In this document: positions 63,164 through 64,000 of the stretch, piece by piece
How the letters are laid out: each line of letters starts with the position of its first letter
Position numbering within the stretch: position 1 is the stretch's first letter
Assembly (NCBI GenBank): GCA_026394195.1
Contig: JAPKYS010000054.1
Span: 20,583-84,582 of the forward strand
Direction of reading: 5' to 3'
Source: a bacterium
GTDB lineage: Bacteria; Electryoneota; B3-LCP
Length of the DNA: 64,000 nucleotides
Program-made: the position numbers and the translations under genes
Notes under the pieces: generated by a model
Databases searched by the model: none
Told to the model about the DNA's origin: nothing
What the model saw: only the letters and a program-made list of their open reading frames with translations

Positions 63164-64000
63164 GATGGGGCCGCCTCCGGTGTCTGTGCTGCCGTCTTGC
63201 CGGTCCGTTTGAACCGCTCCCCCTTCCAGCGAAATCCCCAGAAGTGTCCGCCGATGCTGAACGTTAAAATGGCGGGAATATGGATCAGTTCCAACACCGA
63301 GAATGTCAGCCAATCAGGCTGCAGAGCGAAAGTTCTCCATCCTTGCGCCATCACCCGCCCTTCCTGCAGAAATTTAAATCCGAAAAGGATCATCCCCGCC
63401 CCGGTGGATAAGCCTGCCAGCCAGAAAAACGGAGTCAGGAACAGAGAGAGAAAAAACAGGAAGGTTAATAGAGCAAACGTCAGCGCCAATGGCGTATAGG
63501 AGAGTCCGCCGGAACCCCAGCGCAGCCGCTGATTGAGCACCTGAATCGGTTTTTCTTCAGGCCAGGATCGCACCAATGTATCAGGGTCGGCGCTGAACCG
63601 TATTCTCCATCTTCCCCCTTGGCGGATATGCTGTAACAGCAGTGTGTCATCGCCGGTTATGACCTGTTGGAATTGATCGAACCCACCCGCATCCGCGAAC
63701 GCTTCACGTCGAATCGCCAGGTTGCTGCCGTTGCAATTGAAGGCGTAGCCCCGGGCGATTGCGCCCGCCGCAAAAAAAGAGTGCGAAAGATAATCCAATT
63801 GCTGCAACCTTTGCCAGAAGGGTTCGGGTCCGGCTCGATCGAAGATGGTCAACCCCGTCACCACGCCGGTTTCTGCGGAAAATCCACCGATCAGCCCGCT
63901 GATCCAGCCGGGAGCGACACGACAATCGCCGTCCGTGGTGATGACGATTTCACCGGTTGCGGTTTGCCACCCCCGTCTGATGGCATTTTTCTTGGGTGAA
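63160..64000 (-). CDS. Family 2 glycosyltransferase, 5-prime partial (runs off window end)
   Basis: Reading frame open to position 64000 (..EIVITTDGDCRVAPGW..). QQVITGDD and QRLRWGSGG (GT2 Q.xRW). C-terminal TM helices. Confidence 0.65.
   Translation of the reverse strand, partial: SPKKNAIRRGWQTATGEIVITTDGDCRVAPGWISGLIGGFSAETGVVTGLTIFDRAGPEPFWQRLQQLDYLSHSFFAAGAIARGYAFNCNGSNLAIRREAFADAGGFDQFQQVITGDDTLLLQHIRQGGRWRIRFSADPDTLVRSWPEEKPIQVLNQRLRWGSGGLSYTPLALTFALLTFLFFLSLFLTPFFWLAGLSTGAGMILFGFKFLQEGRVMAQGWRTFALQPDWLTFSVLELIHIPAILTFSIGGHFWGFRWKGERFKRTGKTAAQTPEAAPS

Overview
The window is 64 kb of chromosomal DNA at roughly 55% GC (by eye). It looks like a T9SS-bearing bacterium that is not a classical Bacteroidetes: promoters are sigma70-type TTGAC(A/T)-N17-TATATT, bacillithiol BshC is present, and there are several 'NPFNPTT...KMVLLK' type-A C-terminal sorting domains. 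It resembles a genome from an uncultured FCB-group lineage.

Gene content in order:
- A SAM-methyltransferase/bshC operon.
- Two stand-alone RAM-domain paralogs.
- Two T9SS-secreted peptidases, M1 and C25.
- ADP-forming acetyl-CoA synthetase.
- Blc lipocalin.
- A ytxH/DUF948 stress pair.
- A cusCBA-type RND metal efflux operon followed by a duplicated cusA 3-prime remnant.
- A T9SS SBBP-repeat protein.
- pgsA-pgpA.
- A four-subunit pyruvate/2-oxoacid:ferredoxin oxidoreductase (porGDAB).
- recR, ybaB and dnaX, with SRP RNA and tRNA-Ala(CGC) upstream.
- A TPR protein and a porin-like beta-barrel.
- A 12-kb minus-strand cluster: a giant C25/PorU-like T9SS protein, a PorV/FadL-like barrel, an FN3 lipoprotein, an SLBB (Wza/GfcC-like) protein, two paralogous LPP20/FlgP-like proteins and a large beta-barrel. 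This is the best candidate for an undescribed cell-envelope system.
- An AT-rich (about 40% GC) three-gene island abutting an orphan T9SS CTD remnant.
- A complete moxR-DUF58-DUF4381-batABCDE aerotolerance-type operon, with batA apparently frameshifted.
- A SPOR lipoprotein.
- A minus-strand cluster with two paralogous radical SAM/SPASM enzymes, two GT2 glycosyltransferases, a polysaccharide deacetylase and a PHP hydrolase.

Nearly every intergenic region is filled with a modular family of short palindromic (REP/MITE-like) repeat units. No CRISPR array, rRNA, IS or transposase was found.
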